From a virus, in the IMG/VR virus record IMGVR_UViG_3300020185_000013, positions 66,480-130,479 of that record: a stretch of DNA of 64,000 bases; one strand, 5' to 3'. Positions 1 to 8,617 of the stretch are shown one piece after another (position 1 is the first letter of the stretch; each line of letters starts with the position of its first letter). The notes below the pieces were generated by a model. The model worked only from the letters and a program-made list of their open reading frames with translations. It was not told the DNA's origin and made no database searches. The translations under genes and the position numbers were made by a program.

Positions 1-2
1 GA

Positions 3-1115
3 CTAGAAGCTGACCCAAAGAAAATTAACTATTATAATGACGGAAATGAGCCATTAACTGGTAACATTGGTTCAATTAGAGATTTTATCAGCGATGCAAA
101 ACAATCGTGGGCAGAATTTATTTACCTATACGATGAGAGAGATGGTAAATGGTATATGGCTGATACTTATGAAGATGATAATATGGTTCCAGCTTTTGAA
201 GCATTTATCGGTGAAGCAGTTGTAGTTACTGGTAAGAGAGATGCTAAAAGAGTTATGACAGCATACGTTAAATTCTTTGAGAAATATCCAGCTTTAAGTA
301 AAAAGGCTATAGGTGTTCCAGTTAAACATCATGTCGGTGCTGTTAGAGAATTATATGCAGAAGCAATGATTGACGCTAACTTTTCTAGAGAGCTCCCAGC
401 AACTAAAAGAGCAATTCCTGGCGTAGTTTACTCAATCGATGTCAAGGTTGCAGAATTAAATAATGCATCTATTAGAATTTCAGCAGGTAAATTAATGGAT
501 ATCTGTGCAGCAAACGGTAGTATTATATCAGGTGCAGCTAAATTCTCAGGTATAGCAATTGTTGAAGGTACTGCAATGTACTTAGATTCAATTGGATATA
601 CTAAAGAAGCTGAAGATTTAATGGCTAGATTCAACAAAGCTTTTAATGAATCTGCTCAAACAATGGAAGAAAGAATTGCTGAAGGTAATGCATTTGGTTC
701 CGCAAGAGCAAAGGCAATTGCTGCAGGTAAAAGCGAATTTGAAGTTGATGGTAAAACATACAAACTTAAAGGAGTAGATGCTGATGATAAAGAGAATGCT
801 GAAGAGTTTGCAAATGAGTCTGAAATCAATGGAGAACATACAAATCCAGCTGGTTATCCATCTCCATCCGGAGACTCTGAAGATGTTGAAGAAACTGAAA
901 GAGAAGAGGTTGAAGTAATGGGAGAGGCTAAAGTTACTGAAGCTGAAGTAAAATCAGATGATGAATTTAAAGAGTATGCATTCACAGTACTTCAAAAAGC
1001 ATTTGGTGAAGACTTTGATGATGCTAAAGCACAAGAAGTAGTTGATGGTATTCTTTCAAAATCTGATGGAGACTATGGAGCTGCTGTTGGTATGCTAACA
1101 TCATCTTTAGGATAA
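3..1115 (+). CDS. 5'-truncated modular protein, putative virion internal (cargo) protein
   Basis: Frame is open from base 3, so the ORF starts before the window. Contains VPAFEAFIGE, an AF..ARAKA...G..EF..DGKTY module also in 4761..6917, and an acidic C-terminal region. Confidence 0.6.
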   Translation, partial: LEADPKKINYYNDGNEPLTGNIGSIRDFISDAKQSWAEFIYLYDERDGKWYMADTYEDDNMVPAFEAFIGEAVVVTGKRDAKRVMTAYVKFFEKYPALSKKAIGVPVKHHVGAVRELYAEAMIDANFSRELPATKRAIPGVVYSIDVKVAELNNASIRISAGKLMDICAANGSIISGAAKFSGIAIVEGTAMYLDSIGYTKEAEDLMARFNKAFNESAQTMEERIAEGNAFGSARAKAIAAGKSEFEVDGKTYKLKGVDADDKENAEEFANESEINGEHTNPAGYPSPSGDSEDVEETEREEVEVMGEAKVTEAEVKSDDEFKEYAFTVLQKAFGEDFDDAKAQEVVDGILSKSDGDYGAAVGMLTSSLG

Positions 1116-1140
1116 AAAATTAAAAAAAGTTTGGCCTAGA

Positions 1141-1172
1141 TTTTTCTATGTCAAACTTTTTAATTATATTTG
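1141..1172 (+). promoter_or_regulatory. Class I (host-sigma/early-type) promoter motif T-run TATGTC-N12-TATATTTG
   Basis: TTTTTCTATGTCAAACTTTTTAATTATATTTG; about 10 copies with the same spacing in the window; TATATTTG matches the Bacteroidota -7 consensus TAnnTTTG. Confidence 0.75.
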
Positions 1173-1179
1173 TAACTGA

Positions 1180-2475
1180 ATGAAATTATTACTATCATAT
1201 AGCGACTTTTTAGTTGAAAAGGCAAACCAAGACCTAAATGAGTGGAGAGATTCTCAACTTGTTATGGAAGGAGGTGCTGCTGGTCATATGTCACACCCGT
1301 TTGATGATAAATCTCTTACGTTTGGCGACTTTAAAAAACTAATCGAGGCAGGTCTTAAAGGAGAACTTAACTTCGAAGAAGAAGCAACTGAAAAGACGGA
1401 TGGTCAAAACGTATTTGCAACCATCCAGGATGGAGAGGTAAAGTTTGCACGTAATAAAACTGAGCTTAAGAATCCAATGTCACTGCAAGACTTTAAGAAA
1501 AAGTTTGAAGGTCATCCTAGTAAACTTGTTCAGGACACTTTCCAATTAGCTGCAGAGGATTTAGCGTCTCAACTAATTAAAATCTCACCAAAAGATCAAG
1601 AGAATTTCGATAATGGTAAGAACTTCATGAATATGGAGTTAATCTACTCAAAGAACCCAAACGTTATTCACTATGACCGTGATGTAATACAGTTCCACGG
1701 CATTAAGATAACTGACGGTGAGGGTAATATCATTGGTGAAGACACAAAGCCAGCTAAGAGCATCGCAAGTGCTCTCGATAAAGTAGAGGCTACTATTGGT
1801 AAAACATTTACATTCATTCCACCTCAAATTGTAAAACTTGGTAAAGATTTAGATTTTGAAGCTAATAAAGACAAGTTTATTAAAAAGGTAGAAGACCTAC
1901 GTAAACAATATAACTTAACAGATGCTGATGAGGTTTCTCGTTACCATGAAATGTGGTGGAGAGAGCAAATTGAATCTGTATTTGGAGATCTTCCACAAGA
2001 CATTAAAGAGGGCCTACTATTAAGATGGGCATACGATGATAAGAAATCTCTAAACATGAGAAGTCTTGCTAAAACTATTACGCCAAAACAGGCAGATGCA
2101 GTTAAGCAATTCGATAAGAATGATGTTAAGAAGAAATATAAAGAAAACATTAGACCGTTTGAAGATCTTTTCTTAGAACTAGGAAGTGTTATTCTTAAAA
2201 ATGCTTCTAATTTTGTTGCAGCTAATCCAAGTGCAGAAATGCAAAGGCTACATAAAGAGCTTAGAGATGAAGCAGCTAAGATTAAAAAAGGAGGTAATAT
2301 CGATCAAATCTCGAAGGTTGAAGCTGAATTAGCAAGACTTGACCGTATTGGAGGCATTGAGTCTATTATTCCAACTGAAGGTATTGTATTTACATATAAG
2401 GGCAAAATTTATAAATTAACAGGTACCTTTGCTGCAATTAACCAGCTAATGGGTATTATAAAATTTGGAAGGTAA
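1180..2475 (+). CDS. ATP-dependent ligase-fold (RNA ligase-like) nucleotidyltransferase
   Basis: Motif I TEKTDGQN (KxDG), motif III MELIY, IIIa QFHG, motif IV TEGIVF, motif V YKLTG; N-terminus MKLLLSYSDFLVE. Confidence 0.65.
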   Translation: MKLLLSYSDFLVEKANQDLNEWRDSQLVMEGGAAGHMSHPFDDKSLTFGDFKKLIEAGLKGELNFEEEATEKTDGQNVFATIQDGEVKFARNKTELKNPMSLQDFKKKFEGHPSKLVQDTFQLAAEDLASQLIKISPKDQENFDNGKNFMNMELIYSKNPNVIHYDRDVIQFHGIKITDGEGNIIGEDTKPAKSIASALDKVEATIGKTFTFIPPQIVKLGKDLDFEANKDKFIKKVEDLRKQYNLTDADEVSRYHEMWWREQIESVFGDLPQDIKEGLLLRWAYDDKKSLNMRSLAKTITPKQADAVKQFDKNDVKKKYKENIRPFEDLFLELGSVILKNASNFVAANPSAEMQRLHKELRDEAAKIKKGGNIDQISKVEAELARLDRIGGIESIIPTEGIVFTYKGKIYKLTGTFAAINQLMGIIKFGR

Positions 2476-2476
2476 C

Positions 2477-2743
2477 ATGAAACATGTAAAATTATTTGAA
2501 GGATTTCTTAGTGAAAGAAAGGCTAGTCATTATATGGCTGAACTAGTTGACATACTATCAAACCCAGATTCAATGGAAATGATGCCAGAAGAATTTGTAG
2601 ACTATCTTGTATCAAACTATGCAGTTGATGCCGATACAGCAGGAGACATTTTCGATATGTATTGGTCTCTAGGAGCTAAAGACAGATTTCATTACAATGA
2701 TGATCAATGGATTAAGTTCCTTAATAAATTAGGAGTTAAGTAA
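2477..2743 (+). CDS. Small protein with MKHVKLFEGFLSE N-terminal motif
   Basis: ATG at 2477 is preferred over the track start at 2465 because it begins the shared motif. Confidence 0.7.
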   Translation: MKHVKLFEGFLSERKASHYMAELVDILSNPDSMEMMPEEFVDYLVSNYAVDADTAGDIFDMYWSLGAKDRFHYNDDQWIKFLNKLGVK

Positions 2744-2745
2744 TC

Positions 2746-2895
2746 ATGAAACACGTAAAACTATTTGAACAGTTTCTAAACGAAGCTTCAGTTTTAGATC
2801 GTAACTCAATGATGGGTTGGATCACAGCATATATTGACGGACCTAGAACAATGGTACGATGCAGGCACAGTAATGATCTGGCCAGCTTAATTTAA
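2746..2895 (+). pseudogene. Short MKHVKLFEQFLNE-motif ORF (49 aa), probably internally deleted or frameshifted
   Basis: Not in the ORF track. A shifted frame at 2852..2890 reads WYDAGTVMIWPA* with phage-typical codons. Confidence 0.5.
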
Positions 2896-2901
2896 ATTAT
2901 T

Positions 2902-4740
2902 ATGGCGCTACAAAACTTAAAGACATATTATAGCGAGTCAAATACTAATGACTTTCAAGCGATGCTTAAACTTCCATGTGTTGTTACTGAGAAGTTACAA
3001 GCGTCGTCTTTTCATGTTCAATCAACAGTAGAAGGCTACAATTACTTCAAGAGTGGAAGTAAAAAGCCAATGAATGCAGTCGATAGAACAATCGTAAAAT
3101 ACTACGAATCGGCAATTAGCCACTTTGATTCAATCAGTGAAGATAACAAAGAGGAAATGCCAAAAGACTGGAAGTTTGGATTTGACTATATGATAGATTC
3201 AAAAACGGTAAATATCAAATACGATAGAATACCAAAGAACAACTTAATGTTAACACACATTCAAGTTTTAAATCCAGCAGATCATTCTCTTATTAAAAAG
3301 GTAATTAGAGACCCAAAGATTCTTAATAAATGGGCTGATGTACTAGAGGTACAAAGACCACAGGTTCTATTTAGTGGAAGTTTAAATGAGTTCCAAAGAG
3401 AACAACTTTCTGAATTAATGGCTCTATCAGATGCTGAGTATGTTAAAGTATTTGAAGATATTACATTCTCAAGAAAAATGTACAATATCTTTAACCCAGC
3501 AATGAACTCAACTGCGTTAAATGAGGGTCTTGATGGAACTATTGATTCAATTGTGATTAACTTTTTTGATTCTACTTCAGTTAAGAACTTTAAGATTTGT
3601 GAAGATGTTGTAATCAAGAAAGAAGAAAGAGAACCATCTCATATGTACCAGCTTTCACTTCTAGATCTAGTTGAATATTTTACAACATATGATATTGAAA
3701 GCATCGAATTAAACGAAGAGAAAGCAGATCAAAGATACATTGAATTAATTTCTAAACTATTCAATGCATATGTTTCAGAAAACGCTACCAAATATGTTGG
3801 AGTAACATTTGATTCAGCTGATTTTGCTTCTTCTCCAGAATTTAAACTTAACACTAAGTTTATTAAGAACGAGAAGACAATTGAGTATGTTTCAAATGAG
3901 GTTCTCGAGGAACTATATAAAATAGCGCTTGGCTCTTTTAGAAAAAGAAGGGTTAAAGAAACACAGATCATTAATGCTGATCTAATGAGACAGATCAACG
4001 AGATTGTCGATAAGATCGATAATTCGATTATGGCAAAAAGCAATGAAGCATCGGTTATGACATTCAAAACGTATTTACAAAACCAAGGACTAAAACACCA
4101 GGAGAGCCCAATTACTGAAGCTCTTAATGTTAAATATCCTGAACAACAGAAGCTAGTTAATATGTTTGTTGGTAGATTCCAACCATTTACACTAGGACAT
4201 GCAAAGGTATTAGAAACGATCCATAAGCAAAATGGACATCCAGTTGTAATCTTCCTAATTAAGTCTAAAACTAAGAAGAAAGAAGATGCATTCTCTAGAC
4301 CTTATGATGAGGACACTCAAATTGAAATGCTAAATAAGTTAAAGTCAAAATATCCAATCGAAAAGGTTTATGTACTACCAACCGCAGGCATCGACCATCT
4401 ATTTAATGCAATGAGAGCAGATGGATATGAGCCTGTACTATGGGGTACTGGAACTGATAGACTTAAAACATATTCGCATCAAGTCGATAAACCAGTTTAT
4501 AGAGAAGATTTAGGTGTTAGAACTGATTTTGGTCTATTCGAAATTCCAAGAACTGGTAAAAACATTTCAGCAACTCAGGTTAGAAATGCGATGTTAGCTG
4601 GAGATGAGAAACTATTTAAGAAGTTAACCCCAAGCGAAATCCATGGAATGTATGATGAACTAAAGGCTAAGCTAGAAAAGTCGATGGCTGCTAATGAAGC
4701 ATCACTACTGACGTTCAACGAGTTTATTAAGAATATATAA
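2902..4740 (+). CDS. Fusion of degenerate ligase-fold domain and HxGH-type nucleotidyltransferase (cytidylyltransferase/NMNAT-like)
   Basis: N-terminal VTEKLQAS (KxDG altered) and IDSIV; C-terminal VGRFQPFTLGH, GTDR and ISATQVR motifs. Confidence 0.7.
   Translation: MALQNLKTYYSESNTNDFQAMLKLPCVVTEKLQASSFHVQSTVEGYNYFKSGSKKPMNAVDRTIVKYYESAISHFDSISEDNKEEMPKDWKFGFDYMIDSKTVNIKYDRIPKNNLMLTHIQVLNPADHSLIKKVIRDPKILNKWADVLEVQRPQVLFSGSLNEFQREQLSELMALSDAEYVKVFEDITFSRKMYNIFNPAMNSTALNEGLDGTIDSIVINFFDSTSVKNFKICEDVVIKKEEREPSHMYQLSLLDLVEYFTTYDIESIELNEEKADQRYIELISKLFNAYVSENATKYVGVTFDSADFASSPEFKLNTKFIKNEKTIEYVSNEVLEELYKIALGSFRKRRVKETQIINADLMRQINEIVDKIDNSIMAKSNEASVMTFKTYLQNQGLKHQESPITEALNVKYPEQQKLVNMFVGRFQPFTLGHAKVLETIHKQNGHPVVIFLIKSKTKKKEDAFSRPYDEDTQIEMLNKLKSKYPIEKVYVLPTAGIDHLFNAMRADGYEPVLWGTGTDRLKTYSHQVDKPVYREDLGVRTDFGLFEIPRTGKNISATQVRNAMLAGDEKLFKKLTPSEIHGMYDELKAKLEKSMAANEASLLTFNEFIKNI
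4731..4739 (+). promoter_or_regulatory. Class III (late-type) promoter motif GAATATATA
   Basis: Motif recurs a short distance upstream of virion gene starts. Confidence 0.55.
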
Positions 4741-4760
4741 AAAAACAAATTTTATAAAAA

Positions 4761-6917
4761 ATGTCAAATTTTAACGACTTTATTAACAACTTAGACGAGT
4801 CTAGAAAGATTACTCTAAAGAGAAGATATACTGAAAACCATCCGGCAATTGAGGCTGGAAAGGTTGCAAGAGTCAGAAATAAAATGCTAGAAGCTATTGC
4901 TGATGGTAAGATTACTCAAGAAGAATTCAATGCAATCTTAAAAGAGTTTTCTACAGATTCTGGAAAATGGATGCGTAGAAACGCAAAATACTTCTCGGTA
5001 TCTGAAGATGGTATTTCACTTTCAACCTTTGGTAAAAGAGCACTTTCATCAGTTACAGTAAATGAAAGCGAAGAAATTCTATTCGAAGCAACCGTCGAAA
5101 TGGACGCAATGGATCCAGATAACAAAGACTTCTTAAAGTTCTTAAAGAAGCATAGAGTTAAGATTATTAATAAAGAAATGGAAGGTCCAGGTGGTGGAAC
5201 TCCAGTTATTACAATGCAAGGTAAAAGAAAGGATCTTGAGGCAGTATTAGCAGACGAAGAGTTTGGTTGGGCTGATCTAGATCTAGCAGAATATATTGAA
5301 GAATCAGTAGTTACTGAAAACTATGAAGTGATCTATAGCGATGGTGTAAGTGCTATGAAAAAATTCAGAAGTGAAAAACAAGCTCTTGACTTCATGAAGC
5401 AAACCATTGCTTCTAACAAGAAATTAAGAGATATAGCAGTCTACAAACCGGGTATGCATTCAACTACTCAAACTGAATTAGTTGTTAAATTCTGGGGAGA
5501 TGGTTCTTATTTAGATAATGTTTCTAAGAAGGATCCAGAATTAGCTGCTAAGAAATTAGAAGAATCAGTAGATGCTGATCATGTTGAAGAGGGTAGAGCA
5601 TTTGTTGCAGCTGCTAGAAAGGCAAAAGATGAAGGCAAGGAAGAATTTGAATATGATGGCAAAACTTACCCAGTAACTATCAAAGAAGAAACAGAAACAG
5701 AAGATATAAAAATGGAAAACAAAAGAATGTTTGAATCATTTACTAATTTTGTAAATAATTTATCAGTGAACGAAGATGTATTCGCTGATTTAGAAGCTGC
5801 TATTTCAGACATGGACTTTGATGCATATCAAAACCTAGCATTTGAATTTGGAGTAGACGATGGAGATCCAAACCAAATGATGGATTTTATTTACAATGAG
5901 CTTGACAAGAAGGGAGCTAAACTACTAATTAAGAACATTAATAAAGGAGTTTATGAATCTGTAGTTAACGAGGCATTTAGTTCAATGAAACTACAGTCAA
6001 TCTTAACAAGTGCAGGTTCTATGCCAAAAGATTTTGCTAAGGCTTTTTACCAAATGGCTAAAATCCAATTAGATAAAGTTCAAGATGTTGATATTATCGA
6101 AATAGATCCAGAGCAGGCTAGAAAAGAAAAGAGAAAAAGCGCAGTATACCTATACTTCACAACAAATGAAAAACCAAACCCATATGCTGGTAGAAATTCT
6201 TGGGGAGTTACAACAATTCCAGGAAACACACTGCTTGGAGCAACTAATGGTTCAAACGAATGGCTAGCTACAGATTACGCAAGATCTTGGGGATCTGATA
6301 GAACAAAGACGTTATCTAAAACTAAGAGAAATGACGGATCTGGTTTCGGAAAAAGTGCAGCTAATGATACTTGGGGTTCAGGTATTTCAAGTCTATCTAA
6401 AGTTGCTGAACTTGCTGATAGAGCATACGTTCTAGACTTAGATATTTTAAGAGCAAGATATTCATCAACCGCAAAAAGAGATGAAAGAACCGCTGCTAAA
6501 AAAGGAGCAACTGCGTTCCAGAGTGATAAGGACTTCAAGAAACAAAATCTTGACAGATACCATACTATTTTAGCAGACAGAGCAGCTTCAATGCCAGTAG
6601 ACAAAGAGGTTCTAAAAGCAATTGATGTAGTTACCTCTCAAATTAAAGATGGTTTAGCTACTGGTGAAAAAGGAAAGTATGGAGACGTTATTATTGGAAA
6701 GGATCCTAAAGGCCGCGAGGTTAAACTAAGAGATGCTTCTAACGTAATGCAAAATCTTCTTGATGACTTTAACAGATATGTAGATTACACTGAGCAAGCA
6801 AAGCGTGAGGAAGAGGCAGGTTATGGTAGCGATTACTATGCAAGAGAAGTGAAGAACTATGCTAAGTCAATTAAAGACAGAATCTCTAAGATTGAAAAAA
6901 TGGATTACGTTTGGTAA
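4761..6917 (+). CDS. Large modular putative internal head polyprotein
   Basis: Modules separated by ESVVTE/ESVVNE-like linkers; internal KRMFESF..F...VNE motif; late motif upstream. Confidence 0.55.
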   Translation: MSNFNDFINNLDESRKITLKRRYTENHPAIEAGKVARVRNKMLEAIADGKITQEEFNAILKEFSTDSGKWMRRNAKYFSVSEDGISLSTFGKRALSSVTVNESEEILFEATVEMDAMDPDNKDFLKFLKKHRVKIINKEMEGPGGGTPVITMQGKRKDLEAVLADEEFGWADLDLAEYIEESVVTENYEVIYSDGVSAMKKFRSEKQALDFMKQTIASNKKLRDIAVYKPGMHSTTQTELVVKFWGDGSYLDNVSKKDPELAAKKLEESVDADHVEEGRAFVAAARKAKDEGKEEFEYDGKTYPVTIKEETETEDIKMENKRMFESFTNFVNNLSVNEDVFADLEAAISDMDFDAYQNLAFEFGVDDGDPNQMMDFIYNELDKKGAKLLIKNINKGVYESVVNEAFSSMKLQSILTSAGSMPKDFAKAFYQMAKIQLDKVQDVDIIEIDPEQARKEKRKSAVYLYFTTNEKPNPYAGRNSWGVTTIPGNTLLGATNGSNEWLATDYARSWGSDRTKTLSKTKRNDGSGFGKSAANDTWGSGISSLSKVAELADRAYVLDLDILRARYSSTAKRDERTAAKKGATAFQSDKDFKKQNLDRYHTILADRAASMPVDKEVLKAIDVVTSQIKDGLATGEKGKYGDVIIGKDPKGREVKLRDASNVMQNLLDDFNRYVDYTEQAKREEEAGYGSDYYAREVKNYAKSIKDRISKIEKMDYVW

Positions 6918-6936
6918 TCAAAAATAAAATAAAACG

Positions 6937-7254
6937 ATGAAACACGTACAATTATTTGAGCAGTTCGTAGATGGAACAAACTCAACAGTTAATGAAAATA
7001 AATACGCTAAAGCTGGCAAATTAGGTTATAATGACCAATTCTTAGGAAGAAAATCTCTTTCTAAAACTTTAGCAGTAGACTTAGGTTTAAATCCAAACCA
7101 CGAGTTTGGCGGTGGAGACTGGTTAGGTTTTGACTATGTATCACTTTATGCAACAGGTGGTAAAAAAGCAGGAACTATCTTAGATGACGCTTTAACAGGA
7201 AAGTACACTTACGACGAGTTAAAGGCTGCAGCTGCAGAATTCTTAGGACTATAA
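6937..7254 (+). CDS. MKHVQLFEQF-motif protein
   Basis: Shared N-terminal motif and STVNE linker. Confidence 0.7.
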   Translation: MKHVQLFEQFVDGTNSTVNENKYAKAGKLGYNDQFLGRKSLSKTLAVDLGLNPNHEFGGGDWLGFDYVSLYATGGKKAGTILDDALTGKYTYDELKAAAAEFLGL

Positions 7255-7260
7255 TAAGTT

Positions 7261-7860
7261 ATGCCAAGTACATCTAAATCGCAACAAAGACTAATGGGAG
7301 TCGCATATGCTGTTAAATCTGGCGATATGCAAATCTCTGATGTTGATATGACATATAGAGATAAGGTAAAAGATCTTGTTGATGGTATGACACTCAAACA
7401 ATTAAAAGATTTTGCAGAAACTAAGCACGAAGGATTACCAGAAGTTGCAGAAAATATCACACCTGCTAACATCGGTGGAATGGGGCCAGTCATGCTCCCA
7501 ACTTCATCAACAAATGGCTCTGGTGATGTTCCTGCAGGTCAAGGTGATGCGAAGCAAGAATATAAAAAGAAACGTAAAAAGATGAAATACGTAAAAACAT
7601 TTGAATCTTTCTCTTCAGTCAATGAAGAGTATATTGAACTTCCAAGTCTTGATGTACCTTCAACTGACCTAATCGAAGCATTTAAAGAGTGGTATAAAGA
7701 TACTGCTGACAATTGGGAAGAATTCAAAAACGACATGGCAGAAGATTCAGTTGATGAAGCTGCTAAGAATGCTCAAATGGAAATCTTAGCCTACCTTTCT
7801 AACGAGATGAATAACATTATTAGAGATAGAAAGTTTAAGGTTAGAATGGACCTTAAATAA
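7261..7860 (+). CDS. DUF3008-like N-terminal domain plus internal MKYVKTFESF module
   Basis: MPSTSKSQQRLMG..A..KSG...M..KQLKDFA.TK resembles DUF3008 (from recall). Confidence 0.55.
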   Translation: MPSTSKSQQRLMGVAYAVKSGDMQISDVDMTYRDKVKDLVDGMTLKQLKDFAETKHEGLPEVAENITPANIGGMGPVMLPTSSTNGSGDVPAGQGDAKQEYKKKRKKMKYVKTFESFSSVNEEYIELPSLDVPSTDLIEAFKEWYKDTADNWEEFKNDMAEDSVDEAAKNAQMEILAYLSNEMNNIIRDRKFKVRMDLK

Positions 7861-7871
7861 AGAAACTAATT

Positions 7872-8402
7872 ATGAAACACATAAAATTATTCGAACAGTT
7901 TATCAACGAATCTCATTTTACTGCAGGCGACAGCGTAGAATGTATTGATAGCGGAATGATCGGATCAGTTATTGGATCTACTGGAAATGGTGATGAAGAA
8001 ATCTATATTGTCTCTATTAATGGAGAAACTAAAGAGTATTCACCAGAAGAGCTAACACTGGTAGAGTCAGTACTTAATGAAATGGACTCAGAAGCTGCTT
8101 TACTTTTAGCAGATGAGGTTAGTGGTGAAGTATACACTGCAAAACTAAAAGGCAAATCAGCTACTATTAAAGCAACGACGACAACTAAAACTTGGGATGA
8201 TGGTGTTCCAGTTCTAAAAGATTTAGCTAGAGGCAGTGCAAAGTCAGTCAAGTTTGAACTATATCAAAGACCTTTTAAAGTGATTCATGACGTAGCTCAC
8301 GATTGGTTCTACTTTACAGATGGTGGAAAATGGTATGGTCTGCATAGTAATGATGGCTATTATGAACCAAGTGATTTACCATTTGAAATGACACTTGATT
8401 AA
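7872..8402 (+). CDS. MKHIKLFEQFINE-motif protein with SH3/KOW-like first module
   Basis: F..GD.V......G.V pattern followed by an ESVLNE linker. Confidence 0.6.
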   Translation: MKHIKLFEQFINESHFTAGDSVECIDSGMIGSVIGSTGNGDEEIYIVSINGETKEYSPEELTLVESVLNEMDSEAALLLADEVSGEVYTAKLKGKSATIKATTTTKTWDDGVPVLKDLARGSAKSVKFELYQRPFKVIHDVAHDWFYFTDGGKWYGLHSNDGYYEPSDLPFEMTLD

Positions 8403-8424
8403 TTCACATTATTTAAAATAATTT

Positions 8425-8465
8425 AAGCCGAGATTTTTTAGTCTCGGCTTTTTTGTTTATATTAG
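8425..8465 (+). terminator. Intrinsic terminator overlapping a class I promoter motif
   Basis: AAGCCGAGA-loop-TCTCGGCTT plus T run; TATATTAG at 8458-8465. Confidence 0.7.
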
Positions 8466-8470
8466 CTTAG

Positions 8471-8592
8471 GAAACAAGCGTGAACCTTCACATATAAGTA
8501 ATGTACCCCTTGCCACAAATTACAAAGCTACTCATATGGTAATCTCATATTTAGAGGCAAAGTGAGAAACTTCTCAAAAATCGGGTATATAA
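8471..8592 (+). promoter_or_regulatory. Two class II motifs GAAAC-N17-TATAA upstream of the polymerase N-half
   Basis: 8471-8497 and 8566-8592, both with a 17-nt spacer. Confidence 0.7.
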
Positions 8593-8617
8593 ACAACATA
8601 ACTTTAAAAATAAGCGA

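Noticed and set aside
8501-8542. 13-codon ORF MYPLPQITKLLIW upstream of the polymerase as a second leader peptide
   Set aside because: No downstream terminator/antiterminator pair, and the ATG lies only 3 nt from the promoter box; support too weak.
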